Positions 18,424 to 25,522 of a DNA stretch of 31,951 nucleotides are shown piece after piece (positions within the stretch are counted from its first letter, which is position 1; each line of letters begins with the position of its first letter). The translations under genes and the position numbers were made by a program. The notes beneath the pieces were generated by a model. That model searched no databases. It saw nothing but the letters and a program-made list of their open reading frames with translations, and had not been told where the DNA came from. The DNA comes from a virus (Duplodnaviria > Caudoviricetes), in the IMG/VR virus record IMGVR_UViG_3300011334_000313, positions 1 through 31,951 of that record, one strand, 5' to 3'.

Positions 18424-18914
18424 TTTCTTCTATTATTAATTTGTTCTTTTGGTGTGGACCATTTGCAGTTAGATGGTTCATAATTACCGTTTACATCTAT
18501 TCTGTCTATTGTTGTCCCTAATGGTCGTTCACCCATATCTTCATAAAAATTAATAAAACTATTAATCCATCTATCACATATTGTTATTCCACGACCGCCA
18601 TAATTAAAATAATCTTTTGAATTAGGATTTAAACATCGTTGTTTCATCATATGCCAACTTTTGTAAGTTCTAGTTTTATACATATTATGTTTTGTAGACA
18701 TTTGTGTTAATACATTATTTCTAATACATCCACAAGATTTTGTACTTCCATATTTTATATTTTTTAATTGAGTTATGATTATTTTATGACAATCACATTT
18801 TAATTTAAAAACTCTTTCTTTTTGACCAGATAGTTGTTTATGTACTGGTTCTTCATTTAATACTGTTAATAAACCAAATCTATCACCTTGTTTTATGTCT
18901 AGTCTTTTTCCCAT
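18420..18914 (-). CDS. Free-standing HNH-family homing endonuclease-like protein
   Basis: RFGLLTV...CDC...TKSCGC, then YKSW..MKQRC.NP...YGGRGI.IC.RW...DMGERP...IDRID.NGNYEP.NC.W. Confidence 0.85.
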   Translation of the reverse strand: MGKRLDIKQGDRFGLLTVLNEEPVHKQLSGQKERVFKLKCDCHKIIITQLKNIKYGSTKSCGCIRNNVLTQMSTKHNMYKTRTYKSWHMMKQRCLNPNSKDYFNYGGRGITICDRWINSFINFYEDMGERPLGTTIDRIDVNGNYEPSNCKWSTPKEQINNRRK

Positions 18915-18948
18915 TTTACGAAGTTTTTTACTCTAATATACAAAAAAA

Positions 18949-19353
18949 TTAGTCGTTACTCAAATTAATATTGATAGAAATTGGTAAATTTCCGCTAGTT
19001 AAATCTACTTTAACAGGTTGGTCCAATCCATATATCTTATTTAAATCTCTTAATACCTCAGCTTCAACTCTACGATTACCAGCCTCACGACATCTTGTTA
19101 ACAAATCGTATAACCTACCTAATTGTTCTGATAGTATTTCTTCTCGTTGTTGGTCAAATCTTTCCTTTAAACGTTCTCTTGCTTCTTTATATAAAGTTTC
19201 TGCTTGTCTTGTTGTTATACCAAACTTTTCTGCTGCTTGTGAACGAAATTCAGTATATGATAATTTAGCATATAATATCATTTCAAATACTTCCACCATA
19301 CGTTCTTCGTATTGTGCAACATTTGTTTTACGTCCTTCTTTTTCTTTACTCAT
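18949..19353 (-). CDS. Putative terminase small subunit
   Basis: N-terminal HTH-like AEKFGITTRQAETLY, helical middle, C-terminal LNKIYGL..PVKVDLTSG typical of TerS; heads the cluster leading to TerL. Confidence 0.7.
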   Translation of the reverse strand: MSKEKEGRKTNVAQYEERMVEVFEMILYAKLSYTEFRSQAAEKFGITTRQAETLYKEARERLKERFDQQREEILSEQLGRLYDLLTRCREAGNRRVEAEVLRDLNKIYGLDQPVKVDLTSGNLPISININLSND

Positions 19354-19405
19354 AATAATTTTCTTTTAATTCTCCAATTAATATATTTCCTTATTAACCA
19401 CAACA

Positions 19406-19783
19406 TTACTTACCTGTTAAATATATCCTGAAGCGTCTAGCCTGTTTATTAACGCAGCTTTTACATCCCCAGTCAAATGGTTCATTAAATAAGAATGTGT
19501 AGACCTTTTGTATAAAGTCCTTCTTATCTTCCTTTACACCGAGTATTGATGTTAGTTCTGCGTACGCTAATTTTATGTCTTCTTGTGTTGGGATAAACAT
19601 ATCTTCATCCTCCACCACAGGTTCCAATTTTGTTAGTACCTCTTTCTTCTTCTTACAGCTGGTACATCCTTTCTTCTTCTTACCAGGGTTTTCAATTGAG
19701 TTAAGTTTTAGTTTTTCTAATCTACTCAATTCCTTTACCTCTTTATCTGCTATTTCAAAATCTAATCTTTCTTTAGTTTTCAT
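19406..19783 (-). CDS. Hypothetical protein with two CxxC pairs (125 aa)
   Basis: GCTSCKK and GCKSCV; lies between the sigma-like gene and TerS. Confidence 0.6.
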   Translation of the reverse strand: MKTKERLDFEIADKEVKELSRLEKLKLNSIENPGKKKKGCTSCKKKKEVLTKLEPVVEDEDMFIPTQEDIKLAYAELTSILGVKEDKKDFIQKVYTFLFNEPFDWGCKSCVNKQARRFRIYLTGK

Positions 19784-19784
19784 A

Positions 19785-19898
19785 TTATTCTTCCTCCGTT
19801 TTAATTTCCACCGCTGGTGGTGTTGGTTCTGGTACCATCGTTACAACAGGTATTGTTACAACTGGTATTGATTGATTATTCTTCTTGCAGTTACACAT
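19785..19898 (-). CDS. 37-aa microprotein MCNCKK... (not in ORF track)
   Basis: MCNCKKNNQSIPVVTIPVVTMVPEPTPPAVEIKTEEE*; TAATG overlap with the upstream stop and 1 nt from the next ATG. Confidence 0.7.
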   Translation of the reverse strand: MCNCKKNNQSIPVVTIPVVTMVPEPTPPAVEIKTEEE

Positions 19899-20413
19899 TA
19901 GTTATTTAGTTTTTTAAATGTATTTTGTCTTATTGTTGTTTTTGTTTCCTTTACATACCTTGCGATTGACGTTAGAGGTATTCTTGTGTCCACACTTACC
20001 TTCTTTAAACTACCCAGCGTCAAATACTTGTTGAAGATTATCTTATGAAACCAGTCCATCTCCGTAAATTCTGTTTCCATTATTTCCATCATATGGTGTT
20101 CTGTAAATATATCTTCGTTGTCTATTAGGTTTGCTACCTCAAACAATTCATTATATAAACTGCTTTCTCTTCTTACCTTTCTATAAAATGGACTGCTTTT
20201 GCTATACCAGTTTATTGTTAGACATTTAACAATATAATATAAAATTGACTTATCTTCAAGATTATTGAGTTTTATTTCTTTTCTATCGTATAGTTGTAGG
20301 ATTACATCGTTTAGTAAATCCCCGGCTAATGTATTTCTTTTGGTTATTTTATTGGATATATCCAATAGTTCGTAGTAGTTCTTCGTTATATACCTTTCTA
20401 TTTCAATCTTCAT
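19898..20413 (-). CDS. ECF sigma70-like factor / late transcription regulator
   Basis: Region-2-like AGDLLNDVILQL and region-4-like HTH SLKKVSVDTRIPLTSIARYVKE; 171 aa; directly precedes the packaging genes. Confidence 0.65.
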   Translation of the reverse strand: MKIEIERYITKNYYELLDISNKITKRNTLAGDLLNDVILQLYDRKEIKLNNLEDKSILYYIVKCLTINWYSKSSPFYRKVRRESSLYNELFEVANLIDNEDIFTEHHMMEIMETEFTEMDWFHKIIFNKYLTLGSLKKVSVDTRIPLTSIARYVKETKTTIRQNTFKKLNN

Positions 20414-20666
20414 TCACCATTTTCTTTATGTCTAGAAGAACACCAGCTACTTCGTAGTTCTCATTGTGTTCGTTCATTATTATTGAACTGTCAATTATCT
20501 TATTCAAAATACCAAACGTGTCAACCTCAGGGTCTAGATGCTTTTCTAGTAAGTATAACATACTTTCCAATATTGAGTGACAGATTATTACCTTTTCATC
20601 CGCAGGTAAAATGAAATAATCTACCGGTACATCCAAATAACCTATCTTAACCGTTTCTTTTTTCAT
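20403..20666 (-). CDS. Hypothetical protein with C-terminal UVR-motif-like helix pair
   Basis: NEHNENYEVAGVLLDIKK resembles the UvrB/C E.YE.A..L.D motif. Confidence 0.5.
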   Translation of the reverse strand: MKKETVKIGYLDVPVDYFILPADEKVIICHSILESMLYLLEKHLDPEVDTFGILNKIIDSSIIMNEHNENYEVAGVLLDIKKMVNED

Positions 20667-21327
20667 TGTAATACTTACTAATTATCATTCTTATGGTAGT
20701 ATGACTACAACAATAAATATCCGCTATATCTCCATAAGTCATCCCTTCTATTTCTCGTTGATGAACTATCTTATCAATGTACTTATGTACACCGTGCTTC
20801 TTTTTGATTGTAATACCCGTAGGACGCTTTTTTCTTTTCCGTTGAGGAGTTATATCCACCCAGACATTATCTGCCGTTTTTACTCCCTCTTTTGACCAAA
20901 TACCATTATCGTTATATTTCCACCCTAACGCTTCCAATACATAAAAGGTTTGTGCTTTCTGATATTCATCAGTATAAACATTTGGTTGAACTGGTATACG
21001 TTCGCTTCCTCCATTACTCATAACTTTTTTATAGTTTTTATCATTCTGATTTTTTCTTATACAAGATTTGCAATATCTACCTTTTATACCTCTACCACTT
21101 TCATAATATCCTGATAGTACTATATCCTTTTTACATTGAGGACAAGTTTGAGTTGGTTCTTCTATCACCGCAGACTTATTCTTTCTGTTGAGTTTATATT
21201 GTTTAGATTGTTCCCTCGTACAAATAACGCAGATAAGTCTTGTTCTCATCTTTTGTTGAGTTGAGTGCCAATAAGAATAGTACTCGTTCTCATTTCTTTC
21301 TACCTTACATTTACTACAAATCTTCAT
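20647..21327 (-). CDS. Double Zn-finger protein with C-terminal HTH
   Basis: CSKC..CVIC, CPQC..CKSC and GMTYGDIADIYCCSHTTIRMII. Confidence 0.65.
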   Translation of the reverse strand: MKICSKCKVERNENEYYSYWHSTQQKMRTRLICVICTREQSKQYKLNRKNKSAVIEEPTQTCPQCKKDIVLSGYYESGRGIKGRYCKSCIRKNQNDKNYKKVMSNGGSERIPVQPNVYTDEYQKAQTFYVLEALGWKYNDNGIWSKEGVKTADNVWVDITPQRKRKKRPTGITIKKKHGVHKYIDKIVHQREIEGMTYGDIADIYCCSHTTIRMIISKYYNEKRNG

Positions 21328-21350
21328 AATATAAATATCAGTCTACCAAT

Positions 21351-21421
21351 AAAAAACCCACCTGAGGATAATGGGAGTTAAAACCTGCAGGTGGGAATAA
21401 TCAAATTGAGTAACTTAATCT
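21351..21421 (-). ncRNA. Candidate ~70-nt small RNA ending in a terminator hairpin with a 16-nt anti-start-codon loop
   Basis: TATATTTA at 21426-21433; stem 21384-21395 / 21357-21367; loop UUUUAACUCCCAUUAU; U6 tract at 21351-21356. Confidence 0.5.
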
Positions 21422-21434
21422 ATATTAAATATAA

Positions 21435-21935
21435 CTAATCTTCAGTAAAAGGTAAAGTTTTTCCTAACACTTCTACTTCATAAAACTTCATCCAATTGGG
21501 TATATTTGCAAACTTGAGTAACATACCCTTACCTAAATAATCAACACCACCGTACACACGTACATTGTTGGTGGTTATAGGTATTTTAAATCGTTCACGT
21601 TTATCGTAGCAGAAATGTAAAAAACCTAATGGTAAAATCTGAACACTACTACCCATATTAAAAATATAAAAGTCGGCTTCGCTGGTTCTAATACCGCTGT
21701 CATCCCAATCGTTTGTATATTTAGGTTGGATTTGAAATTCAATAAACAGATTACCATACTTCATACAAGTGTCGTTGTTCTTCAATTCAACTTTTGCGTT
21801 TAGTATTTTTTCTAACAATTCAATACTAATACTTTCGTAGTGTTTTGAGTGCATCCCTTCTCTTGATATTTCATTTCTACCATTTTGTGCAAGGTCAATA
21901 TCAAACTTGCAATCACCGTTTTGCTTGTAAATCAT
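21435..21935 (-). CDS. Putative PD-(D/E)xK-fold nuclease-like phage protein
   Basis: KFDIDL...VELK......GNLFIEF...SGI.TSEADFYIF pattern. Confidence 0.5.
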   Translation of the reverse strand: MIYKQNGDCKFDIDLAQNGRNEISREGMHSKHYESISIELLEKILNAKVELKNNDTCMKYGNLFIEFQIQPKYTNDWDDSGIRTSEADFYIFNMGSSVQILPLGFLHFCYDKRERFKIPITTNNVRVYGGVDYLGKGMLLKFANIPNWMKFYEVEVLGKTLPFTED

Positions 21936-21941
21936 ATTATT

Positions 21942-22157
21942 TTATTTTATTCTTTCGTTATAAGATTTAATACATCCTGTCCACCACTTTTCAGCAGCTT
22001 GAGGATTTTCATTGGTGTCAAGTAAAGTACGATAGTACTTATAACATCCTACTATCCATTTCTCAGTCATTGAGAATTGTTGACTACCGTCTTGTTGAGA
22101 TAGTTTTATTACATCAGCATAATTTCTTCCTGCTGGTTTCTTGTTAAATAAATTCAT
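21942..22157 (-). CDS. Hypothetical protein (71 aa)
   Basis: ATGA-coupled ORF in the initiator operon. Confidence 0.6.
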   Translation of the reverse strand: MNLFNKKPAGRNYADVIKLSQQDGSQQFSMTEKWIVGCYKYYRTLLDTNENPQAAEKWWTGCIKSYNERIK

Positions 22158-22348
22158 AATTCTAAAAATTTAATTGGTTGTTTATTGTTTTTATTAAATC
22201 TGTTGAGGAGTATTTCATCCATACTACTTCTTTCTTCTTCTTTTAATCCCAATATAAGCAGGAGATATTTCTCCTTATCTTGTTGAGATAGTTTATAAAA
22301 TTCTTTCATTGTTATTTCATCATCCCTCCATCTAAATTGATTACTCAT
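22154..22348 (-). CDS. Hypothetical protein (64 aa)
   Basis: Overlaps the initiator stop; tightly packed operon. Confidence 0.6.
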   Translation of the reverse strand: MSNQFRWRDDEITMKEFYKLSQQDKEKYLLLILGLKEEERSSMDEILLNRFNKNNKQPIKFLEL

Positions 22349-22886
22349 TTTCTTTTAATTGTTTAGTTAAATAATTCTTCAACTGAAAATATGTTCCTCG
22401 TTGTTCATTTGTTAATTCATTTATATTAATACTATCAAGTTCTTCTAATGTAATATTCGTATTTAATAAGTTATTTAATTTATTATCTAATAAAGAAGGG
22501 TATATAATACTGCCAACTTCACCGACTAGCAATTGGTCGGTTGACCGACTAGTACTGTTCGGCTGACCGACTAGTATGTTCGGTGTACCGACTAGTAAGG
22601 TCGGTGTGGCGACCATCCTTATAGGTATAATTGTTCTACGTTGTTTACCATTAACAAATGTTCTGTTACATTTAATATAACCCATTTCTTCCAATTTAGT
22701 AATTCTTTCACTAGCCGCAGTTCTACTAATACCTAATCGTTCACCTAATCTTGCGTTTGATATATATACATTTTTATCATTATTATAAAATGAATATATC
22801 AACGATAGTGTAAACTTATCACCGTCACTCAATTCTTTATTGTTGAGTATTGTATATGGTACCATCAAAAATTGTTCTTTACCCAT
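22341..22886 (-). CDS. Replication initiator-like protein with N-terminal winged HTH (likely start ATG 22886)
   Basis: FLMVPYTIL.NKELS.GDK...YISNARLGERLGISRTAASERITKLEEMGYI; the gene contains direct repeats, as lambda O-type initiators do. Confidence 0.75.
   Translation of the reverse strand: MGKEQFLMVPYTILNNKELSDGDKFTLSLIYSFYNNDKNVYISNARLGERLGISRTAASERITKLEEMGYIKCNRTFVNGKQRRTIIPIRMVATPTLLVGTPNILVGQPNSTSRSTDQLLVGEVGSIIYPSLLDNKLNNLLNTNITLEELDSININELTNEQRGTYFQLKNYLTKQLKENE
22521..22605. repeat. Iteron array / probable replication origin
   Basis: ACCGACTAG at 22521, 22544, 22566 and 22587 (21-23 nt spacing), each closed by an inverted TCGG; AT-rich tract adjacent at about 22400-22510. Confidence 0.75.
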
Positions 22887-22902
22887 AATGTTTATTAAAA
22901 GC

Positions 22903-22990
22903 AAAACCCCAAACCTATCCGCTGGTTCTCAGGTCAGCTTCAAGGAAAGGGGTTCTAAAATCGTTAAGCCATATAATCTGAGAACTGACT
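22903..22990 (-). ncRNA. Structured 5' leader (attenuator/pseudoknot-like) of the initiator operon
   Basis: Hairpin AACCCC...GCUG[ACCUGAGAAC]CAGC...GGGGUU followed by a U-rich tract; the loop is complementary to GUUCUCAG at the leader's 5' end. Confidence 0.55.
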
Positions 22991-22995
22991 ATATA

Positions 22996-23027
22996 TAAGT
23001 ATAACATAAAAACCTCAGAAGACCAAA
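22996..23027 (-). promoter_or_regulatory. Leftward promoter TTTG-N20-TATACTTA
   Basis: + strand CAAA at 23024-23027 and TAAGTATA at 22996-23003, just upstream of the structured leader. Confidence 0.55.
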
Positions 23028-23045
23028 TATTTTTAAATAAAAAAT

Positions 23046-23054
23046 TGTGGATAA
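23046..23054 (-). promoter_or_regulatory. Perfect DnaA box TTATCCACA
   Basis: + strand TGTGGATAA between divergent promoters; single copy, so it could be chance. Confidence 0.35.
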
Positions 23055-23093
23055 ATAACTATCTCAACATTTTTTTTTACCAGCCATCCTTGT

Positions 23094-23101
23094 TATATTT
23101 A
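23094..23101 (+). promoter_or_regulatory. Rightward TATATTTA promoter-like element
   Basis: Upstream of the only + strand operon (ATG 23128). Confidence 0.45.
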
Positions 23102-23127
23102 AGTATTACTCACTTAAAAATTATAAA

Positions 23128-23364
23128 ATGGCACAAGCTAAAGACAATCAGGAGATTATTGTAAGACAGTCTCAACTACAACGTTCTATTGAACTATTCC
23201 AATTATTAAACATTAAACCATCAGTTAAAGAGGTATGTAGATTATCACAAATTCTTACAGACTTTATATTTGATGGAGATATTAATAATAAGAATATAAC
23301 TCAATTTGAGAAAGTTATGGGTATTAAATCACATTCAACACCAGTTAAAAAAGAAACTAAATAA
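23128..23364 (+). CDS. Hypothetical protein (78 aa)
   Basis: A-rich start AAAATGGCA; first gene of the divergent operon. Confidence 0.7.
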   Translation: MAQAKDNQEIIVRQSQLQRSIELFQLLNIKPSVKEVCRLSQILTDFIFDGDINNKNITQFEKVMGIKSHSTPVKKETK

Positions 23365-23365
23365 T

Positions 23366-23551
23366 ATGATAAGGTTAAATCTAACAATACAAGAGACATT
23401 AAGATTACACGCCTTTTTAGAAAGCGTAATAAAGATAGTCAATGAAAACCCTGATTTTGAATTAATTGATAGAATAAATACTACCGCTGCGTTAGAAAAT
23501 ATTATGAGTAAAATTGACGAACAATTAGAAATTATACCAAATAATAATTAA
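23366..23551 (+). CDS. Hypothetical protein (61 aa, start corrected to ATG 23366)
   Basis: TAA-T-ATG junction with the upstream gene; MIRLNLTIQE... Confidence 0.65.
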   Translation: MIRLNLTIQETLRLHAFLESVIKIVNENPDFELIDRINTTAALENIMSKIDEQLEIIPNNN

Positions 23552-23552
23552 T

Positions 23553-23915
23553 ATGAGATTTAAATTTTTTGACAACAATATTCCGAATGAACCATCACAT
23601 ATCACAAGGGATAGATTTATGGAATTGGTTCAAGCTAGATTAAATACAACGGATGAAGATATTGAATACCATCGTGCAATGTTAGAGATTGAAGATATGA
23701 TGGAACCAACTCCTTTATCTGTTGATAATAGACCTGCTGTATTTCTCAATTTAAACCGTAATAGAGACACGATAAGTGAACAGGAGTGGAATAGTATTAT
23801 CCAGCGTCAACGAAGCCAATTAATAGAACATATGTGGCAACAGGGTATGGTTATACACACCATCATATCCGAGGACCAAAATGGATTTACATTGAGGACA
23901 GAAATATTATTTTAA
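23553..23915 (+). CDS. Hypothetical protein (120 aa)
   Basis: TAA-T-ATG junction; third gene of the + operon. Confidence 0.65.
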   Translation: MRFKFFDNNIPNEPSHITRDRFMELVQARLNTTDEDIEYHRAMLEIEDMMEPTPLSVDNRPAVFLNLNRNRDTISEQEWNSIIQRQRSQLIEHMWQQGMVIHTIISEDQNGFTLRTEILF

Positions 23916-23931
23916 AAAAAGTAACAAATAT

Positions 23932-23962
23932 TTTGAATTGTGGTGTTACTTTCATATATTTG
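23932..23962 (+). promoter_or_regulatory. Consensus Bacteroidota housekeeping promoter TTTG-N19-TATATTTG
   Basis: TTTG at 23932-23935 and TATATTTG at 23955-23962; no credible + strand CDS downstream. Confidence 0.75.
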
Positions 23963-23967
23963 TTATT

Positions 23968-24110
23968 AGAAGAGGGTGGTTCCAATTTTATTATTGCCAT
24001 TTTAAAGTTTGTTTTGTTATACAACACCCTCTTCTTTATTACGTGTTCTAGTTCTTATAATATACGATTAATGAAAAAACCCCTTCTATTCTTAGAGGGG
24101 GTTTCTTATT
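23968..24110 (+). ncRNA. Candidate ~140-nt small RNA with an 11-bp closing stem and anti-start-codon loop
   Basis: AGAAGAGGGTG (23968-23978) pairs with CACCCTCTTCT (24025-24035); the loop contains UUAUUGCCAUUUUA; ends at the terminator 24074-24110. Confidence 0.6.
24074..24110. terminator. Bidirectional intrinsic terminator
   Basis: AAACCCCTTCTA-TTCT-TAGAGGGGGTTT with A- and T-rich flanks between convergent units. Confidence 0.8.
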
Positions 24111-24126
24111 TTAAGACGTTTTAAGA

Positions 24127-24426
24127 CTACTTATCACGCCAGGTAGCGTAACATATCGCCGCAGCTTGTTCCTGTCCGTATTCGTCTATAATTGACGAAA
24201 TACACCTACTCACATACTTTTGTTCATCCTCGTCAGAAGTTGGTGGAGGGATTGGGAAACCTTCCTTAACAATCTTCATCATATTTTCTTTTGTGGGTAC
24301 GCAGTTAGGTACCTCAACTCCATCTAACATTTTTGTACCATAAGGTTCATAACCTTCCCAGCAAGGGTTAGGGTCAATCTCAAAATTATTCTTTTTTAGT
24401 TTTACAATTCTTTCAAATCTGTTCAT
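24127..24426 (-). CDS. Small head-associated-type protein with two Cys-pair modules (99 aa)
   Basis: PCWEGYEPYGTK..DG.EVPNCVP and P.P...E.EQKYVSRC.....EY.QEQAAAICY..W modules. Confidence 0.6.
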   Translation of the reverse strand: MNRFERIVKLKKNNFEIDPNPCWEGYEPYGTKMLDGVEVPNCVPTKENMMKIVKEGFPIPPPTSDEDEQKYVSRCISSIIDEYGQEQAAAICYATWRDK

Positions 24427-24638
24427 TACTTTAATTTTTTTACTGCTGTTAGACTTAACTCTTCATCCAATAAGAACACCGCGTTATAGTTGTGACTTAT
24501 CCAAAAAGTTAATTCTTGTTGGGTTAATTTATATTTTTTATCTAAATCTAAATCTAATACTCTTGTGAAGTAATCAGTCTTATGTCCTAGATTTAATTCG
24601 TCTTCAGTTGGTCGTGGTAAATAATAATCTATATTCAT
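24426..24638 (-). CDS. Hypothetical protein (70 aa)
   Basis: Tightly coupled ORF. Confidence 0.6.
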   Translation of the reverse strand: MNIDYYLPRPTEDELNLGHKTDYFTRVLDLDLDKKYKLTQQELTFWISHNYNAVFLLDEELSLTAVKKLK

Positions 24639-24639
24639 T

Positions 24640-24900
24640 CTATAAGTTTTTATAATTCTTTAACTTTTTATTCTCAGCCATTAAACTTTCTACCTTATCT
24701 TCAAGCTTTTGAACCTGCATATTTAAGTCGTGTATTTCTCTTTTAAGGTCATCAATAATCTGCTTGTACAGGTTAACTGATAGTTCTAAATTTCGTAGGA
24801 CTTGATTGTCTGTCTCAGCATCGCTGCGTCTTTTTCCTGCGAAGAAACCTGCTACACCTGTTAGCACGTTTGAGATTAATAATATAATAGTGTCATTCAT
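24640..24900 (-). CDS. Membrane-anchored coiled-coil protein (holin/lysis-accessory-like)
   Basis: N-terminal TM segment TIILLISNVLTGVAGFFAG followed by KRR and a heptad coiled coil. Confidence 0.5.
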   Translation of the reverse strand: MNDTIILLISNVLTGVAGFFAGKRRSDAETDNQVLRNLELSVNLYKQIIDDLKREIHDLNMQVQKLEDKVESLMAENKKLKNYKNL

Positions 24901-24902
24901 AA

Positions 24903-25520
24903 TTAATAGCAGTCGTTACAAGGAGGATTTTCGTGTTCCAATTCACTATACACTGTAAATTGTTTACCAATGTTTCTCATTGAGTAACCCTTACGTGTGG
25001 TGTTTTTTAGGGATATACCACTCATATATTTTTGCGAACGGTCAGGAATCATTCCATCAATTGTAGATTGAGTATTGTAATCTGGGAACTTATTTTGTCC
25101 ACGACCAATCAATAGATAATCCTGTAATCTGGTCATATAAAAATCTGCACGTGACTTTTGTATATTCCTTAAGTACTGCATCGTAGCAATGTCCACTGAC
25201 TGTGCGTTCTCCATTGTACCAGACACAATACCGTTGTTCATCGTTCTATACATAATTTGTGGTATAGCGTTGAAGTACGCGGTCTGGATAAGGTATGGTT
25301 GGATATAATCATTTACTAGCGTTGTTTCCTCCGCGTTAAATGTATTACCTGTTGAACTTACTTGTGATAATAAATGGTTATAGAACTTGGTACCCAATAT
25401 TGTTTGTAAGTCAATGTCTTGTGCAATCTGAACTTCCGCTTTTAAAACGTCCATATCAACATTCTTATTGATGTTGGTAAAGTTCTTTAATTTTGTTTCT
25501 GATATTAATAATACACCCAT
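24903..25520 (-). CDS. Head-tail adaptor/head completion protein
   Basis: LLISE..LK..T.IN.NVD......V.IAQDI.LQ.ILGT..Y motif; immediately follows the portal. Confidence 0.7.
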   Translation of the reverse strand: MGVLLISETKLKNFTNINKNVDMDVLKAEVQIAQDIDLQTILGTKFYNHLLSQVSSTGNTFNAEETTLVNDYIQPYLIQTAYFNAIPQIMYRTMNNGIVSGTMENAQSVDIATMQYLRNIQKSRADFYMTRLQDYLLIGRGQNKFPDYNTQSTIDGMIPDRSQKYMSGISLKNTTRKGYSMRNIGKQFTVYSELEHENPPCNDCY

Positions 25521-25522
25521 CG

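Noticed and set aside
18420-18948. HNH genes as group I intron-encoded ORFs (also 29815-30153)
   Set aside because: Flanks are too short for a ribozyme core and the neighbouring genes are intact.
15333-19871. Several + strand ORFs opposite terL, the GTs and terS (also 27736, 28377, 29140, 31004)
   Set aside because: Antisense to well-supported genes, with no motifs or start signals.
23834-24124. 96-aa + strand ORF
   Set aside because: It overlaps the upstream gene out of frame and runs through a consensus promoter, hairpin and terminator, so it is better explained as non-coding.
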